Numbered from the stretch's first letter, positions 26,857 to 38,100 are shown. The stretch is DNA of 64,000 bases from Candidatus Doudnabacteria bacterium RIFCSPHIGHO2_01_FULL_45_18 (GCA_001779915.1 MFEJ01000023.1:6165-70164); one strand, 5' to 3'. Notes: a model not told the origin generated them from the sequence alone. Numbers and translations are program-made.

Positions 26857-27664
26857 GGGGCTTCTCCTTGGCAACTTTAACGACATTAGACAAGAGTTGC
26901 GCCACAGTCACAGGCCCCACCCCGCCCGGAACCGGCGAAACAACTGAAGCGGCCTTTTGTACTGATTCAAGCTCCACATCCCCCACAATCCCGGCTCCGG
27001 ATTCCGCCGTACCGCAATCAATCACCACCGCACCGGGTTTAATCATGTGCCCTTTAATCAAATTTGCCTGACCCGTGCCGGAAATAATCACGTCCGCACT
27101 TATAGTCAGTTTGGCTAAATTTTGAATTTGTGAATCGGCAGTAGTCACTTGGAGGTTGCGGTTTTTCAGCAAGACCGTGACCGGACGGCCGACCAGTTCC
27201 CCTTGTCCCACGACCAAAATTTGAGCGCGGGTTAAATCCAAATTCAACGAATCAAGTATGGTCATAATCGCTGCGGCAGTTGGAGGTGAAAGCCGGGTTT
27301 GAGTTTGATTGAGACAGTCCACATCCACCGCTGTGCCAATGGCGTTTAATACTTGTTGTTTGTCTAAATGGCTTGGCAAGGGCAGCTGGATAATCAAACC
27401 GGCCAGATTTGGATCAAGCTGTTTTTGCTTTAGTTTCAAAATTACATCTTGGGTTGACACTGACTCTGGCAGTTCCACCAGCTCAAATTTCAGCCCAATC
27501 GAGGCGGCGGCGCGCGCTTTAGTGTTCACATACGATCTGGCGACCGAGTCTTGCCCGATCAGCACGTCACAAAACAAGGGCTGAAAAGGCAACAGCGATA
27601 CTTCCTGTTTTAAATTGTTTAAAATCTCAGCGGCAAGCGCCCGTCCGTCAACTAACTTTGTCAT
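26849..27664 (-). CDS. folD: bifunctional methylenetetrahydrofolate dehydrogenase/cyclohydrolase
   Basis: 271 aa, FolD-like throughout. Confidence 0.8.
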   Translation of the reverse strand: MTKLVDGRALAAEILNNLKQEVSLLPFQPLFCDVLIGQDSVARSYVNTKARAAASIGLKFELVELPESVSTQDVILKLKQKQLDPNLAGLIIQLPLPSHLDKQQVLNAIGTAVDVDCLNQTQTRLSPPTAAAIMTILDSLNLDLTRAQILVVGQGELVGRPVTVLLKNRNLQVTTADSQIQNLAKLTISADVIISGTGQANLIKGHMIKPGAVVIDCGTAESGAGIVGDVELESVQKAASVVSPVPGGVGPVTVAQLLSNVVKVAKEKPHV

Positions 27665-27679
27665 GTCAATGATAAATAA

Positions 27680-28438
27680 TTAAGCCGCCAAATATTTGCC
27701 CAAGGCCGTCAAAAAATCATGTCTGATATCCAGTTGTTTCCTGACACCTTCCCACACCAAGGCCTTGGATTCCGGATCAAACACCAGTTTGTCCAAAAGG
27801 TGCGTGGAAAATTTTGCCTGCGGCTGATGAGTTTGAGTAAAAACTTCTAAATCATGGTCAGTCAGACTGGTATTTTGTTTCAGCGCGGAAACATAAATGC
27901 GAAATTCTTCTGATTCAGCCAGTTCCTGCGCAAACATGGTGCCGAGCGCCATCTGCCATTCCGAGTTAGAGTAAACATCGGACAAATCGGCGATATAATT
28001 CCGCGTCATCTCCTTGGCCTGAGCCCGCTCAATCTCTTCCAAACTTAAGCCCAAAGCTTTTAAAAACCGCAGCCACTGTTCACGGGTGGCCGTTTGGATG
28101 ACGTCATTTTCAAGCCTGTGACCGGCCAGTTCATCCTGCCGCTTTTTCTCCAAGATTTCCAAAGATGATTCGGCCAAAGGATCATCGGATTCAGATAGGT
28201 TGGCCAGGGCAAACCGCAAAAAACCCGGATCCCCGCTTTTACGTCCAAACCAGGCTTCGGCCGCCAGAAATCTTTGCACCATAAACTTCTTAAGCTTAGC
28301 AGGCGTTGGATGGACATGACTAATTTGGGCCATAAACGGCCAACTGGCCACCTCTTGCGGGATAAAATTAACCAGCCATTCCACAAATTGCTCACCTATG
28401 TATTCTTCAATGGCTTGGGTGGGGTTGATCAGTGTCAT
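27680..28438 (-). CDS. hypothetical all-alpha protein (possibly heme-oxygenase-like/TenA fold)
   Basis: 252 aa with no clear motif. Confidence 0.35.
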   Translation of the reverse strand: MTLINPTQAIEEYIGEQFVEWLVNFIPQEVASWPFMAQISHVHPTPAKLKKFMVQRFLAAEAWFGRKSGDPGFLRFALANLSESDDPLAESSLEILEKKRQDELAGHRLENDVIQTATREQWLRFLKALGLSLEEIERAQAKEMTRNYIADLSDVYSNSEWQMALGTMFAQELAESEEFRIYVSALKQNTSLTDHDLEVFTQTHQPQAKFSTHLLDKLVFDPESKALVWEGVRKQLDIRHDFLTALGKYLAA

Positions 28439-28598
28439 GTGAGTAGTGTAAAATATGAGGGTTGTTAATGCAACCCTATGTCAGACATTTTTCAGGGAAT
28501 TTTAAACATTATTAAAAGCGGTGTTATTGTTTCGACCTCACAGCTAATCAAAATCGGCCGAAAGATTTTCGGTAAAAATCGCAAACCGCGTCAATAAT

Positions 28599-29366
28599 TT
28601 AAGTAATTTTACGATAGCTTCGGACAGCCAGTGGCACGAAGACGATCAAAATTCCGATAATCCAAATTAGCGAATACCAGGCATTATCACCCACCGGAGT
28701 TCCCAAGATTAATGCCCGGACGGTATTCGCCACATAGCTAATGGGGTTGTGTTCGGCAAAAACTCGCAAGCCATGCCCCATGGTTTCCACAGGCACAAAG
28801 ATGGAGCTGGCAAAAACTAAAGGAAAAACCCAGATGAATCCGGCCGATTGGACGGTTTCCACATTTTTGGCCGCCAAACCAATGGTGGCGGAAATCCAAG
28901 AAAAGGCAAAACCAAAGAACGAAGTCAGCAACAAGGCTAAGACGAAATTACCAAAACCATTTTCAATTGTAAACCCAATAAGCAGACCAACTAGGGTCAT
29001 TAAAATTAGCACAAATACATTCCGGATCAATTCGGTGACGGTTCGGCCAACCAAAACTGCGGAACGAGCGATTGGTAAGGATCGAAACCGATCAATCAGC
29101 CCCTTCGATAGGTCATCTGCCAGACCAACGCCGGTCATCATGGCTCCAAACAAAACGGTTTGGACAAAAATCCCGGGCAACAGATAGTTAACATACTTGG
29201 AAGCCGAGGTGCTAATCGCCCCGCCAAAAACGAAGACAAATAGTAAGACGAACATCACTGGCTGGATGGATGAAAACACGATCAATTGCGGCAACCTCCG
29301 GTAACGCAACAAATTGCGCCCAATCATGACGACCATATCCGATGAAGTTTCGGAAAAGTTTGACAT
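28599..29366 (-). CDS. ABC-2 type transporter permease
   Basis: 6 TM; sits 6 bp downstream of the ATPase gene. Confidence 0.7.
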   Translation of the reverse strand: MSNFSETSSDMVVMIGRNLLRYRRLPQLIVFSSIQPVMFVLLFVFVFGGAISTSASKYVNYLLPGIFVQTVLFGAMMTGVGLADDLSKGLIDRFRSLPIARSAVLVGRTVTELIRNVFVLILMTLVGLLIGFTIENGFGNFVLALLLTSFFGFAFSWISATIGLAAKNVETVQSAGFIWVFPLVFASSIFVPVETMGHGLRVFAEHNPISYVANTVRALILGTPVGDNAWYSLIWIIGILIVFVPLAVRSYRKIT

Positions 29367-29372
29367 AAATTT

Positions 29373-30464
29373 TTACTCTGTTGCGTGGCCAGTTAATTTC
29401 ATAAACACATCATCAAGCGAGGGCCTTCTTAAGATTATATCGAGCACTTTCAAACCTAAAGTATCAAGTTGGCGCACCGCATCTACCAGTACCGCGGAAC
29501 CACCCCGGACAGGAACTGTGACAATGCCCGTGGCAGGATCCGCGTGCGCTTCTTCGGTACCAAATTGTCTGATCGCCACCGCGGCCCGCGCGGCATCCGC
29601 ATGATTGACTAAATGGAGTTCCAAAATATCGCCACCAACTTGGTTTTTGAGCTCATCAGAAGTACCAATGGTGATAATATGGCCACGATCCATGACAAAA
29701 ATCTTATCAGCCAGCTGATCAGCTTCTTCCATGTACTGGGTCGTTAAAAGGACCGTCGTGCCATTGGCCACCAAGTCTCTAATCACGTTCCAAAGCGCGA
29801 AGCGTGATCTCGGGTCAAGGCCAGAGGTTGGTTCGTCCAAAAACAAAACTTGCGGACGAATCACCAAACTGGCGGCCAGATCAAGCCTTCGGCGCATGCC
29901 GCCCGAATAAGTTTTTAGAATCCTGTCGGCCGCATCTTCCAGATTAAACTGATGCAATAATTCTATCGCCCGAGCTTTGGCGGCAGTTCTAGTCAAATGA
30001 TAAAGCCGACCAAACATTTCCAAATTTTCTCGACCGGTCAAGGTTTCATCAACGGCTGCATATTGACCAGCTAATCCGATTATCCCTCGCAATTTCTGGG
30101 CGTCTCGAATAACATCTAATCCAGCCACTGTGACTTGGCCTGATGTGGGTAGTAACAGTGTGGTTAAAATTCGAATCAGAGTGGTTTTGCCGGCGCCATT
30201 GGGACCCAAAAGGGCAGTGACCTGGCCGCGATGAATTTTTAAACTGATATTATCCAAAGCCTTGACCTGGCCGTAAGATTTAGACAGATTTTCAACTAAA
30301 ATCACGGGAGGAGTAGCCACGGCCGTTGGTTTTGGTTCGATAATCAAATCCAAAAGATCGTGCACTTGCCAACCAGCTTGAGTCAGCTCCTGCATGATCT
30401 GTTGGTTGCTCATCCCGGCCTGATGCGCATCCTTAATGTATACTTGTAGCGCTTGTTTACTCAT
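29373..30464 (-). CDS. ABC transporter ATP-binding protein (DrrA-like) with an N-terminal extension of about 50 aa
   Basis: Walker A GPNGAGKTT, signature LSGGMRRR, Walker B LFLDEP. Confidence 0.8.
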   Translation of the reverse strand: MSKQALQVYIKDAHQAGMSNQQIMQELTQAGWQVHDLLDLIIEPKPTAVATPPVILVENLSKSYGQVKALDNISLKIHRGQVTALLGPNGAGKTTLIRILTTLLLPTSGQVTVAGLDVIRDAQKLRGIIGLAGQYAAVDETLTGRENLEMFGRLYHLTRTAAKARAIELLHQFNLEDAADRILKTYSGGMRRRLDLAASLVIRPQVLFLDEPTSGLDPRSRFALWNVIRDLVANGTTVLLTTQYMEEADQLADKIFVMDRGHIITIGTSDELKNQVGGDILELHLVNHADAARAAVAIRQFGTEEAHADPATGIVTVPVRGGSAVLVDAVRQLDTLGLKVLDIILRRPSLDDVFMKLTGHATE

Positions 30465-30568
30465 AAATGATTGCTTTGACGTCTAGACATTCTAGCCTAA
30501 ATCCCTCGGCGTGTCAATAGCTGAGGTTGATCTATACGCGTTTTTATTATATAATCTTGAAGCTTTGA

Positions 30569-30643
30569 GGCCCTATCGTCTAACGGTCAGGACGCCAGGT
30601 TTTCATCCTGGTAATCCGGGTTCGATTCCCGGTGGGGTCACCA
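30569..30643 (+). tRNA. tRNA-Glu (anticodon TTC)
   Basis: Acceptor GGCCCTA/TGGGGTC; anticodon loop TTTTCAT; T-arm CCGGGTTCGATTCCCGG; CCA encoded. Confidence 0.85.
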
Positions 30644-31020
30644 AGAAAAAACATGACGCAAAACTAAAAACCGCCTCATCCCTCATCCTATGAGACGGCT
30701 TTAGCGTAAATGGGTCGAATTCATTTTAATCTTGCGTTCTCTAAATATTTTTTAATAAAAGGCTTACCGCCTTTGAGGTTAACGCAAGTTGCATTTGACT
30801 CACCTGCGAACTTCATCTTTTCCATCTGGTTTGTGATATTTAATTATGAAATAAATTTGTTTTCTCCTCCATCACCTCCTTCCTTTCTCACCATAACCCT
30901 GGTGATTTTTTTTGTCAAGGATATTTTGTTAATAAGTTGTGCATAAATACTTCGGTATTATAAGTTAAAGATAGACGTTGACCAACAATGTCACAAATTG
31001 CTAAACTTTGTTAGGATCAT

Positions 31021-32100
31021 ATGAAAAAAATTCTGAAAATTTTAAGTATAGAAACCAGTTGCGACGAGACTGCGGCGGCGGTGATTGTTAATGGCACGAT
31101 TAAATCCAACATTATTGCCTCCCAAGTCAAGCTGCACGCAAAATTTGGCGGGGTCGTCCCAGAAGTAGCCGCTCGCGAACATCTAATGGCTATCATCCCG
31201 ACTATAGATTTGGCTTTAAAAACTGCAAAAACAAATTTGGAAGACCTGGATTACATCGCAGTCACACAAGGACCTGGGCTTGCGACCTCGCTTATGGTCG
31301 GCATTGATACCGCGAAAGCCTTAGGCGCGGCTTTGGATATCCCGGTTATCCCCATCAATCATTTGGAAGCGCATATATACGCGAACTTCGTTAAACCTTT
31401 AACCATTGCGAGGAGCGTAGCGACGAAGCAATCTTACGATAGATCGCCACGCGCCTTCGGCGCTCGCGATGGTAATATTTTCCCCTCCCTGATTCTCATC
31501 GTCTCTGGCGGGCACACGCTTTTGGTCCAAATGAGGGATCATGGCCAATATCATATTTTAGGTGAGACGGTGGATGATGCTGCGGGGGAAGCCTTTGATA
31601 AAACCGCCAAGATGTTGGGGTTGGGTTATCCTGGCGGGCCAGCGCTTTCCAAATTGGCAAAATCTGGTAACCCAACAGCCTTTAATTTCCCGCGCCCCAT
31701 GCTTAACTCGGCTAATTTTGAATTCAGTTTCTCGGGGCTGAAGACCGCCGTGCTGTACAAAATCATGGAACATGAAACATGGAACATGAAACAGAAAGCA
31801 GATATAGCCGCCTCGGTCCAGGCCGCGATCGTGGATGTCTTAATCGCTAAATTAGAAAAAGCTATCCAAAGATACCACCCGAAAACCATTATGTTAGGCG
31901 GTGGGGTGGCGGCCAACGAACTTTTGCGCCAGCGTTTCAAGTTTCAAGCTTCACGTTTCAAAATTCATTGCTCTATTCCAGCACTGGAGTACTGCACTGA
32001 CAATGCAGCCATGATCGGACTCGCAGCTTACCATCGTTTGATCAGAAAAAAACCGCAAACAAAAAATTTCTCGGCTCAACCCAATCTGAGCTTAAAATGA
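31021..32100 (+). CDS. tsaD: tRNA N6-adenosine threonylcarbamoyltransferase TsaD, carrying an in-frame repeat-element insertion
   Basis: SIETSCDETAAAV and a GGH metal motif; the insertion encodes TIARSVATKQSYDRSPRAFGARDGN. Confidence 0.9.
   Translation: MKKILKILSIETSCDETAAAVIVNGTIKSNIIASQVKLHAKFGGVVPEVAAREHLMAIIPTIDLALKTAKTNLEDLDYIAVTQGPGLATSLMVGIDTAKALGAALDIPVIPINHLEAHIYANFVKPLTIARSVATKQSYDRSPRAFGARDGNIFPSLILIVSGGHTLLVQMRDHGQYHILGETVDDAAGEAFDKTAKMLGLGYPGGPALSKLAKSGNPTAFNFPRPMLNSANFEFSFSGLKTAVLYKIMEHETWNMKQKADIAASVQAAIVDVLIAKLEKAIQRYHPKTIMLGGGVAANELLRQRFKFQASRFKIHCSIPALEYCTDNAAMIGLAAYHRLIRKKPQTKNFSAQPNLSLK
31403..31472 (+). repeat. family A palindromic element copy 2 (in-frame inside tsaD)
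   Basis: CCATTGCGAGGAGCGTAGCGACGAAGCAATCTTACGATAGATCGCCACGCGCCTTCGGCGCTCGCGATGG. Confidence 0.85.
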
Positions 32101-32112
32101 TATAATACTGGC

Positions 32113-34293
32113 ATGCGAGAAATTCCGAAAACTTACGACCAATCCAAAGAAACGGACATCTACCAACTCTGGGAATCATCCGGGTTTTTTAATCCTGACA
32201 ATCTTTCGGGCAAACCGTTTACCATCATGATGCCGCCACCCAATGCCACAGGCACGCTACATATTGGGCACGCGTTTGAAACATCAATCCAAGATATCTT
32301 GATTCGCTACCACAGGATGAAGGGAGAAAAAACGCTATGGTTACCGGGCACTGATCACGCCGCTATTGCCACAAATACCAAAGTTGAAAAAATTTTGATT
32401 AAGGAAACCGGCAAAAACCGCCATGATATTGGCCGCGAGGCATTTGTAAAAAAAGTTGAAGAGTTTGTGGAAAAAAGTCGTGGTACGATTCAACAACAAT
32501 TGCGAACTGTGGGTGCTTCCGCCGACTGGTCGCGCGAAGCGTTTACATTTGATGAACCCCGCAACCTGGCGATCCGAACCGCGTTTAAGAAAATGTTTGA
32601 GGCTGGGCTGATTTATCGCGGTATCCGCGTGATCAACTGGGATCCGAAAGGTCAGACTTCGGTTTCGGATGACGAAGTCGTCCATAAATCCGAAAAAGCC
32701 CAGCTATATACGTTTAAATATTCGAAAGACTTTCCAATTGCTATCGCAACCACTCGGCCGGAAACTAAAGTGGGTGATGTGGCAGTGGCCGTACATCCTG
32801 CTGATGTTCGCTATAAAAAATTTGTAGGCCAAGAATTCAAAGTCAATTTTGCTGGCGCTGATTTAAATATCAAAATCGTGGCCGATGAATCCGTGGACCC
32901 AGAATTTGGCACAGGTGCGGTTGGAGTTACGCCCGCACATAGCATGGCAGACTTTGACATTGCTCAAAGACACAATTTGCCAGCGCCACAAGTGATCAAC
33001 GAATTTGCAAAAATGACCGACACGGCCGGTTCTTTGATTGCTGGTAAAAAAACCAAAGAAGCTCGTGAGATAATAGTCGCTTGGCTAACTGAACAAGGCT
33101 TGTTAGAAAAAACTGAAGCCATAGATATCAATCTTGCTACTGCGGAACGAAGCGGCGGTACGATTGAACCTTTACCAAAACTCCAATGGTTTGTAAATGT
33201 AAACAAGGCCGTGGCCGAACGGAGCGGAAAAACGCTGAAAGAGCTAATGCGTGACGCTGTAGCAAGTGGCAAAATAAAAATCCTCCCAGAACGATTTGAA
33301 AAAACATATTTTCATTGGATAGATAATTTACGCGATTGGAACATCAGCCGCCAGCTTTGGTACGGCCACCGGATTCCGGTTTGGTACAAAGGTGAGGAAA
33401 TTTATTCCGGGATTGAAGAACCGGAAGGCAGTGGCTGGTCGCAAGACGAAGACACTTTAGACACTTGGTTCTCCTCGGCACTTTGGACGTTCTCGACTTT
33501 AGGTTGGCCAAACGAAACTGCTGATCTCAAAACATTCCACCCAACAGATGTCATGGCACCTGGGTACGAAATTCTGTTTTTCTGGGTAGCGCGCATGATT
33601 CTTATGAGCACGTTTCTGCTTGACGACGTGCCGTTTAAAACCGTTTATCTGCATGGCATTGTTCGCGATATCCAAGGCAAAAAGTTCAGCAAATCTCTAG
33701 ACAATGGGATTGATCCAGTAGAAGTCATTAAACAATACGGCGCCGATGCCTTACGCATGGGTTTGGTCGTGGGGGTGGGTGCAGGCAATGACAGTAAATA
33801 TGACCAAATGAAAGTGAAAGGCTATCGCAATTTCGCGAACAAAATTTGGAATGCAGCTAGATTTGTCATGCAAAACACTCAAGACATGACCCCCTCTAAC
33901 TCCCCCTTAAAAGGGGGAGAGAAAAAGAACCCCCCTCCTTTTAAGGAGGGGTTGGGGGAGGTCAAACTCACCCCCGAAGACCAAGCTATTCTCTACGAAC
34001 TTAATCAACTCTTGGCCAAAACTACTATACAAATGGACAACTTTGACTTTGCGCATGCGGCGGAAAACCTGTATCACTACTTCTGGCACACTTTTGCGGA
34101 CAAAATCCTCGAAGAATCAAAAGTCAAACTTGCGAATGAGAAAACAAAAGCCTCGGCGCAACTCATGCTCAAAACCATCCTGGAAACTTCGTTAAAACTT
34201 CTGCATCCGTTCATGCCATTTGTCACTGAAACCATCTGGCAACTGGATCACAAGGATCTGCTGATGATAGAGAAGTGGCCCCGCCTGCGCTAA
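32113..34293 (+). CDS. valS: valine--tRNA ligase (short form, 726 aa), carrying an in-frame family C palindrome
   Basis: HIGH (LHIGHA) and KMSKS (KFSKS) motifs and an editing domain. Confidence 0.85.
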   Translation: MREIPKTYDQSKETDIYQLWESSGFFNPDNLSGKPFTIMMPPPNATGTLHIGHAFETSIQDILIRYHRMKGEKTLWLPGTDHAAIATNTKVEKILIKETGKNRHDIGREAFVKKVEEFVEKSRGTIQQQLRTVGASADWSREAFTFDEPRNLAIRTAFKKMFEAGLIYRGIRVINWDPKGQTSVSDDEVVHKSEKAQLYTFKYSKDFPIAIATTRPETKVGDVAVAVHPADVRYKKFVGQEFKVNFAGADLNIKIVADESVDPEFGTGAVGVTPAHSMADFDIAQRHNLPAPQVINEFAKMTDTAGSLIAGKKTKEAREIIVAWLTEQGLLEKTEAIDINLATAERSGGTIEPLPKLQWFVNVNKAVAERSGKTLKELMRDAVASGKIKILPERFEKTYFHWIDNLRDWNISRQLWYGHRIPVWYKGEEIYSGIEEPEGSGWSQDEDTLDTWFSSALWTFSTLGWPNETADLKTFHPTDVMAPGYEILFFWVARMILMSTFLLDDVPFKTVYLHGIVRDIQGKKFSKSLDNGIDPVEVIKQYGADALRMGLVVGVGAGNDSKYDQMKVKGYRNFANKIWNAARFVMQNTQDMTPSNSPLKGGEKKNPPPFKEGLGEVKLTPEDQAILYELNQLLAKTTIQMDNFDFAHAAENLYHYFWHTFADKILEESKVKLANEKTKASAQLMLKTILETSLKLLHPFMPFVTETIWQLDHKDLLMIEKWPRLR
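33900..33952 (+). repeat. family C palindromes (CTCCCCCTTAAAAGGGGGAG + CCCCTCCTTTTAAGGAGGGGT) in-frame in valS
   Basis: The second unit matches 14315..14335 exactly; translated SPLKGGEKKNPPPFKEGLG. Confidence 0.75.
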
Positions 34294-34390
34294 AGCTTCG
34301 GCGGGCAGGCAAAATAAAAAGTACTGAGCATGCTCAGTAGCAACCTCAGGAGATGCCTCCTGAGATAAACACTTGCTAAAACAAGTGTTT

Positions 34391-34418
34391 AAAAAAAGAG
34401 CCTCAAGGCTCTTTTTTT
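34391..34418. terminator. bidirectional terminator
   Basis: AAAAAAAGAGCCTCAAGGCTCTTTTTTT. Confidence 0.6.
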
Positions 34419-34424
34419 AAATTC

Positions 34425-34997
34425 TTATTTAAATCTCACTGGTACGGCAAACGAAGAGTCAAATTCGGGTAACCCCGAGGGATTATCTTTTTCAATAATC
34501 AACACGCCGTATTCCGCATCACCTGGATCAAACGGTAAACTTACGGCGAAAGGCACATAGTCACTAGTCATCCAATCGCCTAGAGCTTGTGCTCCGACTT
34601 GGAATAAAATATTACCCTTATCATCTTTCAGGATGATTGGCAGGTTCGCTTCAAAATACCAAAAACCGCGGGCACGACCCATGACAGCCATAGGACTCGT
34701 GACAAGTTCACCAAACGCAGGTGTATCCACAATCACTTCCGGTTCATTATGTTCGGCTTCGTTAAATACCAAACCTCGGTATTCACATTTCACCGGTTCA
34801 CCGTCAATAATGATCCCGCCGGCCAGTTCACAAGATTGAAAATCCGTCACTTCCGGCCCAACTTTTCTCTGGATGATAAATAAAGCTAATCCGGCCAGGA
34901 TAATCAACACGCCAATTTGTAGCAACCGATTATTCATAAAGGCAGTATAATTAGTAATTAGTAAGGAGTAAAGAGCGACGAAAAAACAAAAAACCAT
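34425..34997 (-). CDS. membrane-anchored hypothetical protein (possible Gmad2-like Ig domain)
   Basis: N-terminal TM; start ambiguous (ATG at 34997 inside the repeat terminus, or a downstream MNNRLL). Confidence 0.4.
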   Translation of the reverse strand: MVFCFFVALYSLLITNYTAFMNNRLLQIGVLIILAGLALFIIQRKVGPEVTDFQSCELAGGIIIDGEPVKCEYRGLVFNEAEHNEPEVIVDTPAFGELVTSPMAVMGRARGFWYFEANLPIILKDDKGNILFQVGAQALGDWMTSDYVPFAVSLPFDPGDAEYGVLIIEKDNPSGLPEFDSSFAVPVRFK

Positions 34998-35077
34998 TGC
35001 GAGGAGTCCTGGTTGCTCGGGACGACGAAGCAATCTATCCTAATGACAGATCGCCACGGCCTTCGGCCTCGCGATGG
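34994..35077 (+). repeat. family A element copy 3 (between rpoC and the downstream gene)
   Basis: CCATTGCGAGGAGTCCTGGTTGCTCGGGACGACGAAGCAATC...GGCCTTCGGCCTCGCGATGG. Confidence 0.8.
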
Positions 35078-35100
35078 TTAGTATTCTTCTTATTACTATT

Positions 35101-38100
35101 TTATAAGTTATCTGCCACTTCGGCCGCTTCTTTTTCACCCAAGGCCTCGGCGCGATACCCGGTGCCGGCCGGGATGAGTTTGCCGATGATGACGTTTTCT
35201 TTCAAACCTCGCAGGTAATCAGTTTTGGCAGTGATGGCGGCCTCAATCAGGACACGGGTAGTTTCTTGGAAACTTGCCGCAGCCAAGAATGATTCCGTGT
35301 TTAGAGATGACTTCGTAATGCCCATGAGCAGCTGCTCAACTTCAGCCTTGCGTCCCTTGGCCGCAACTTTGGCATTGGATAATTTTAGCCGAGATTTATC
35401 AATCAAATCCCCAACCAAGGTATCGGTATCACCCGGCTCGGTGATGCGGACTTTGGAAAACATCTGCCGGACGATAATCTCAATGTGCTTTTCGTTGACA
35501 TTCTGCCCTTGGGAAGAATAAATTTCCTGCACGTCTTTGATGATATAGTCCTGACAAGCTTCAATGCCTTTGAGCGCGAACACCTGATGTAAGTTGAGGT
35601 TACCTTCGGTCAAAGGTTGGCCTTTGGTGATTAGAGATTTCTCTTTAACAATCACGCTATATCCAGAGGGGACAGTGTATTCCTTAAAATTCTCACCTTC
35701 GCGCACCACAGTCAGTTTATCCTTACCAAGCTTAACTATCCCTGCCGCCTTGGCTTTGACGATCACACCTTTAATATTGGTGAACAATGGATCGCCTTCG
35801 TTAACTTTCTCCCCGTCAGTCAGCTGTAATTTCCCGCCTGGCAGCAAATATTCATCCTTGACCACATCCTTGGTTTCCACCCGAATAGTGGTTTCTTTAT
35901 TCGTGGCTTTGATGTTGGTCACAAATCCGTCAATTTCAGAAATCAAGGCTTGTCCTTTTGGCTCTCTGGCTTCCAGCAACTCCTCAACCCGCGGCAATCC
36001 TTGGGTGATATCTAAACCCGCCACACCGCCGGTGTGGAAAGTTCGCATGGTCAGCTGGGTGCCTGGTTCGCCAATGGCTTGGGCCGCCACAATTCCCACA
36101 GCCGCGCCCAGCTCCACCGGTTTGTTAAATCCTAAATCGTAACCATAACATTTGGCGCACACGCCGCGTGTGAGGGTACAGCGAAGCACGGTGCGAACTT
36201 CTGCCTCCGCTGCGGTAGACTTGTCAATTTCCTGAGCCAATTTTTCATCAATCATGGACCCGGCTTTGGCCACAACTAAACTCTTGGCGTCTTTGACGTC
36301 AGAAGCAAGTACTCGGCCAAAAATTCGACGGGCCAGCGGCCGGCCCAAGGCTTCCGAAGAAACTCTGGTAATGACGCGCCCGGAATCAATTTCACAATCA
36401 TCCGCGTTAATCACAATGTCTTGCGCCACATCCACCAAACGACGAGTCAGGTACCCGGCGTCAGCCGTACGAAGGGCGGTGTCGGTCATCCCTTTTCTGG
36501 ACCCGTGGGTGGAAATAAAATATTCCAAAATATTCAAACCTTCTTTAAACGAATCACGAGCTGGGAGTTCAATAACTTCTCCGGCCGGATTGGTCACGAG
36601 TCCCTTCATGCCGGCCATTTGGGCGACCTGGGAGACTGAACCTCTGGCTCCGGAGTTGACCATCTGATACACCGTGCCGTATTCGTCCAAAGTCGTGGTG
36701 ATGGCCTCGGTCACCTTATCGCGAACCTCGGCCCAAATTTCAATGACCCGGTTATAACGCTCCTGCGCGGTGAGCAACCCTTGCTGATACTGTTCCAGGG
36801 TTTTTAAAACTTCCTCATCAGCTTTTACCAACAGCTCTTTTTTGATCTCTGGGACTTTCAAATCATCCATACCCCAAGAAATTCCTGATTTGGTCACATA
36901 ATGAAACCCGACACCCTTGATATCATCCAGAAGTTGCGCCGTGCGCTCAATTCCATAATCGCGGTAGCAAACCTGCACCACTTGCTGTAAGCGTTTCTTA
37001 TCCATGACATCATTGTTAAACCGCATGCCTTCAGGCAAAACCTGATTGAAAATAATCCGGCCCACACAAGTCTCTAGACGCTGCTTATTGCCCCAGCTTT
37101 CATCTAACCGCACGGAAATTTTCGCTTTCAAACTAATAATCTCGGAAAGATAAGCCAAAAGGGCTTCATCGGCTGATCCAAAAAACTTGCCTTCCCCTTT
37201 TTCTTTCGGATGAATCCGGGTCAACCAATAACAACCCAAGACCATGTCCTGGTTCGGGCCCATGATCGGCTCACCGGAAGCCGGCTTGAGCAAATTTTTG
37301 GCAGACAGCATGATGTTGCGAGCTTCTTCTTGGGCCGGAGCGGTTAAAGAAACGTGTACCGCCATCTGGTCCCCGTCAAAGTCCGCGTTAAAAGCCGGAC
37401 AGACCAAAGGATGAATCTGAATAGCTTTGCCTTCAATCAAAACCGGCAAGAAAGCCTGGAAACCCAAACGGTGCAAGGTTGGCGCGCGGTTTAAAAGCAC
37501 ATAATGTCCTTTGGTCACTTCTTCCAAAATATCGTAGACCACGGTCGCGCCCTGTTCAATGAGCCGATTCGCCGACCTCACATTGTGCGCGTATTCGCGC
37601 TGAATAAGCTTGGAAGTCACAAATGGCTTAAATAATTCTAAAGCCATTTTTTTAGGAAGACCGCATTGGTGCAGTTTCAAACTCGGTCCCCCGACAATAA
37701 CGGAACGACCGGAATAGTCCACTCGTTTACCTAAAAGATTTTGTCGGAAACGGCCTTGTTTACCTTTGAGCATGTCCGCCAAAGATCGGAGCTTGCGTTT
37801 TTGTCCGGTCGAGGCAGTCACTTCCTTGCCGTGCCTGATGGAATTATCAATCAGGGCGTCCACGGCTTCCTGCAGCATGCGCTTTTCATTACGGGTGATT
37901 ACTTCCGGCGCGCCGATTTCCAAAAGTTTTTTTAGTCGATTGTTGCGATTAATGACCCGGCGATACAAATCATTTAAATCAGACGCAGCAAACCGGCCGC
38001 CGTCTAACTGCACCATTGGGCGCAAATCCGGCGGAATCACCGGTAGGTTGTTGATGATCATCCACTCCGGACGAATAGCAGCCTTGATCATGGATTTGAC

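Noticed and set aside
30710-30946. 78-aa ORF in the tRNA-Glu / tsaD intergenic region
   Set aside because: AT-rich, no RBS, low-complexity hydrophobic translation; probably noncoding promoter/leader DNA for tsaD.
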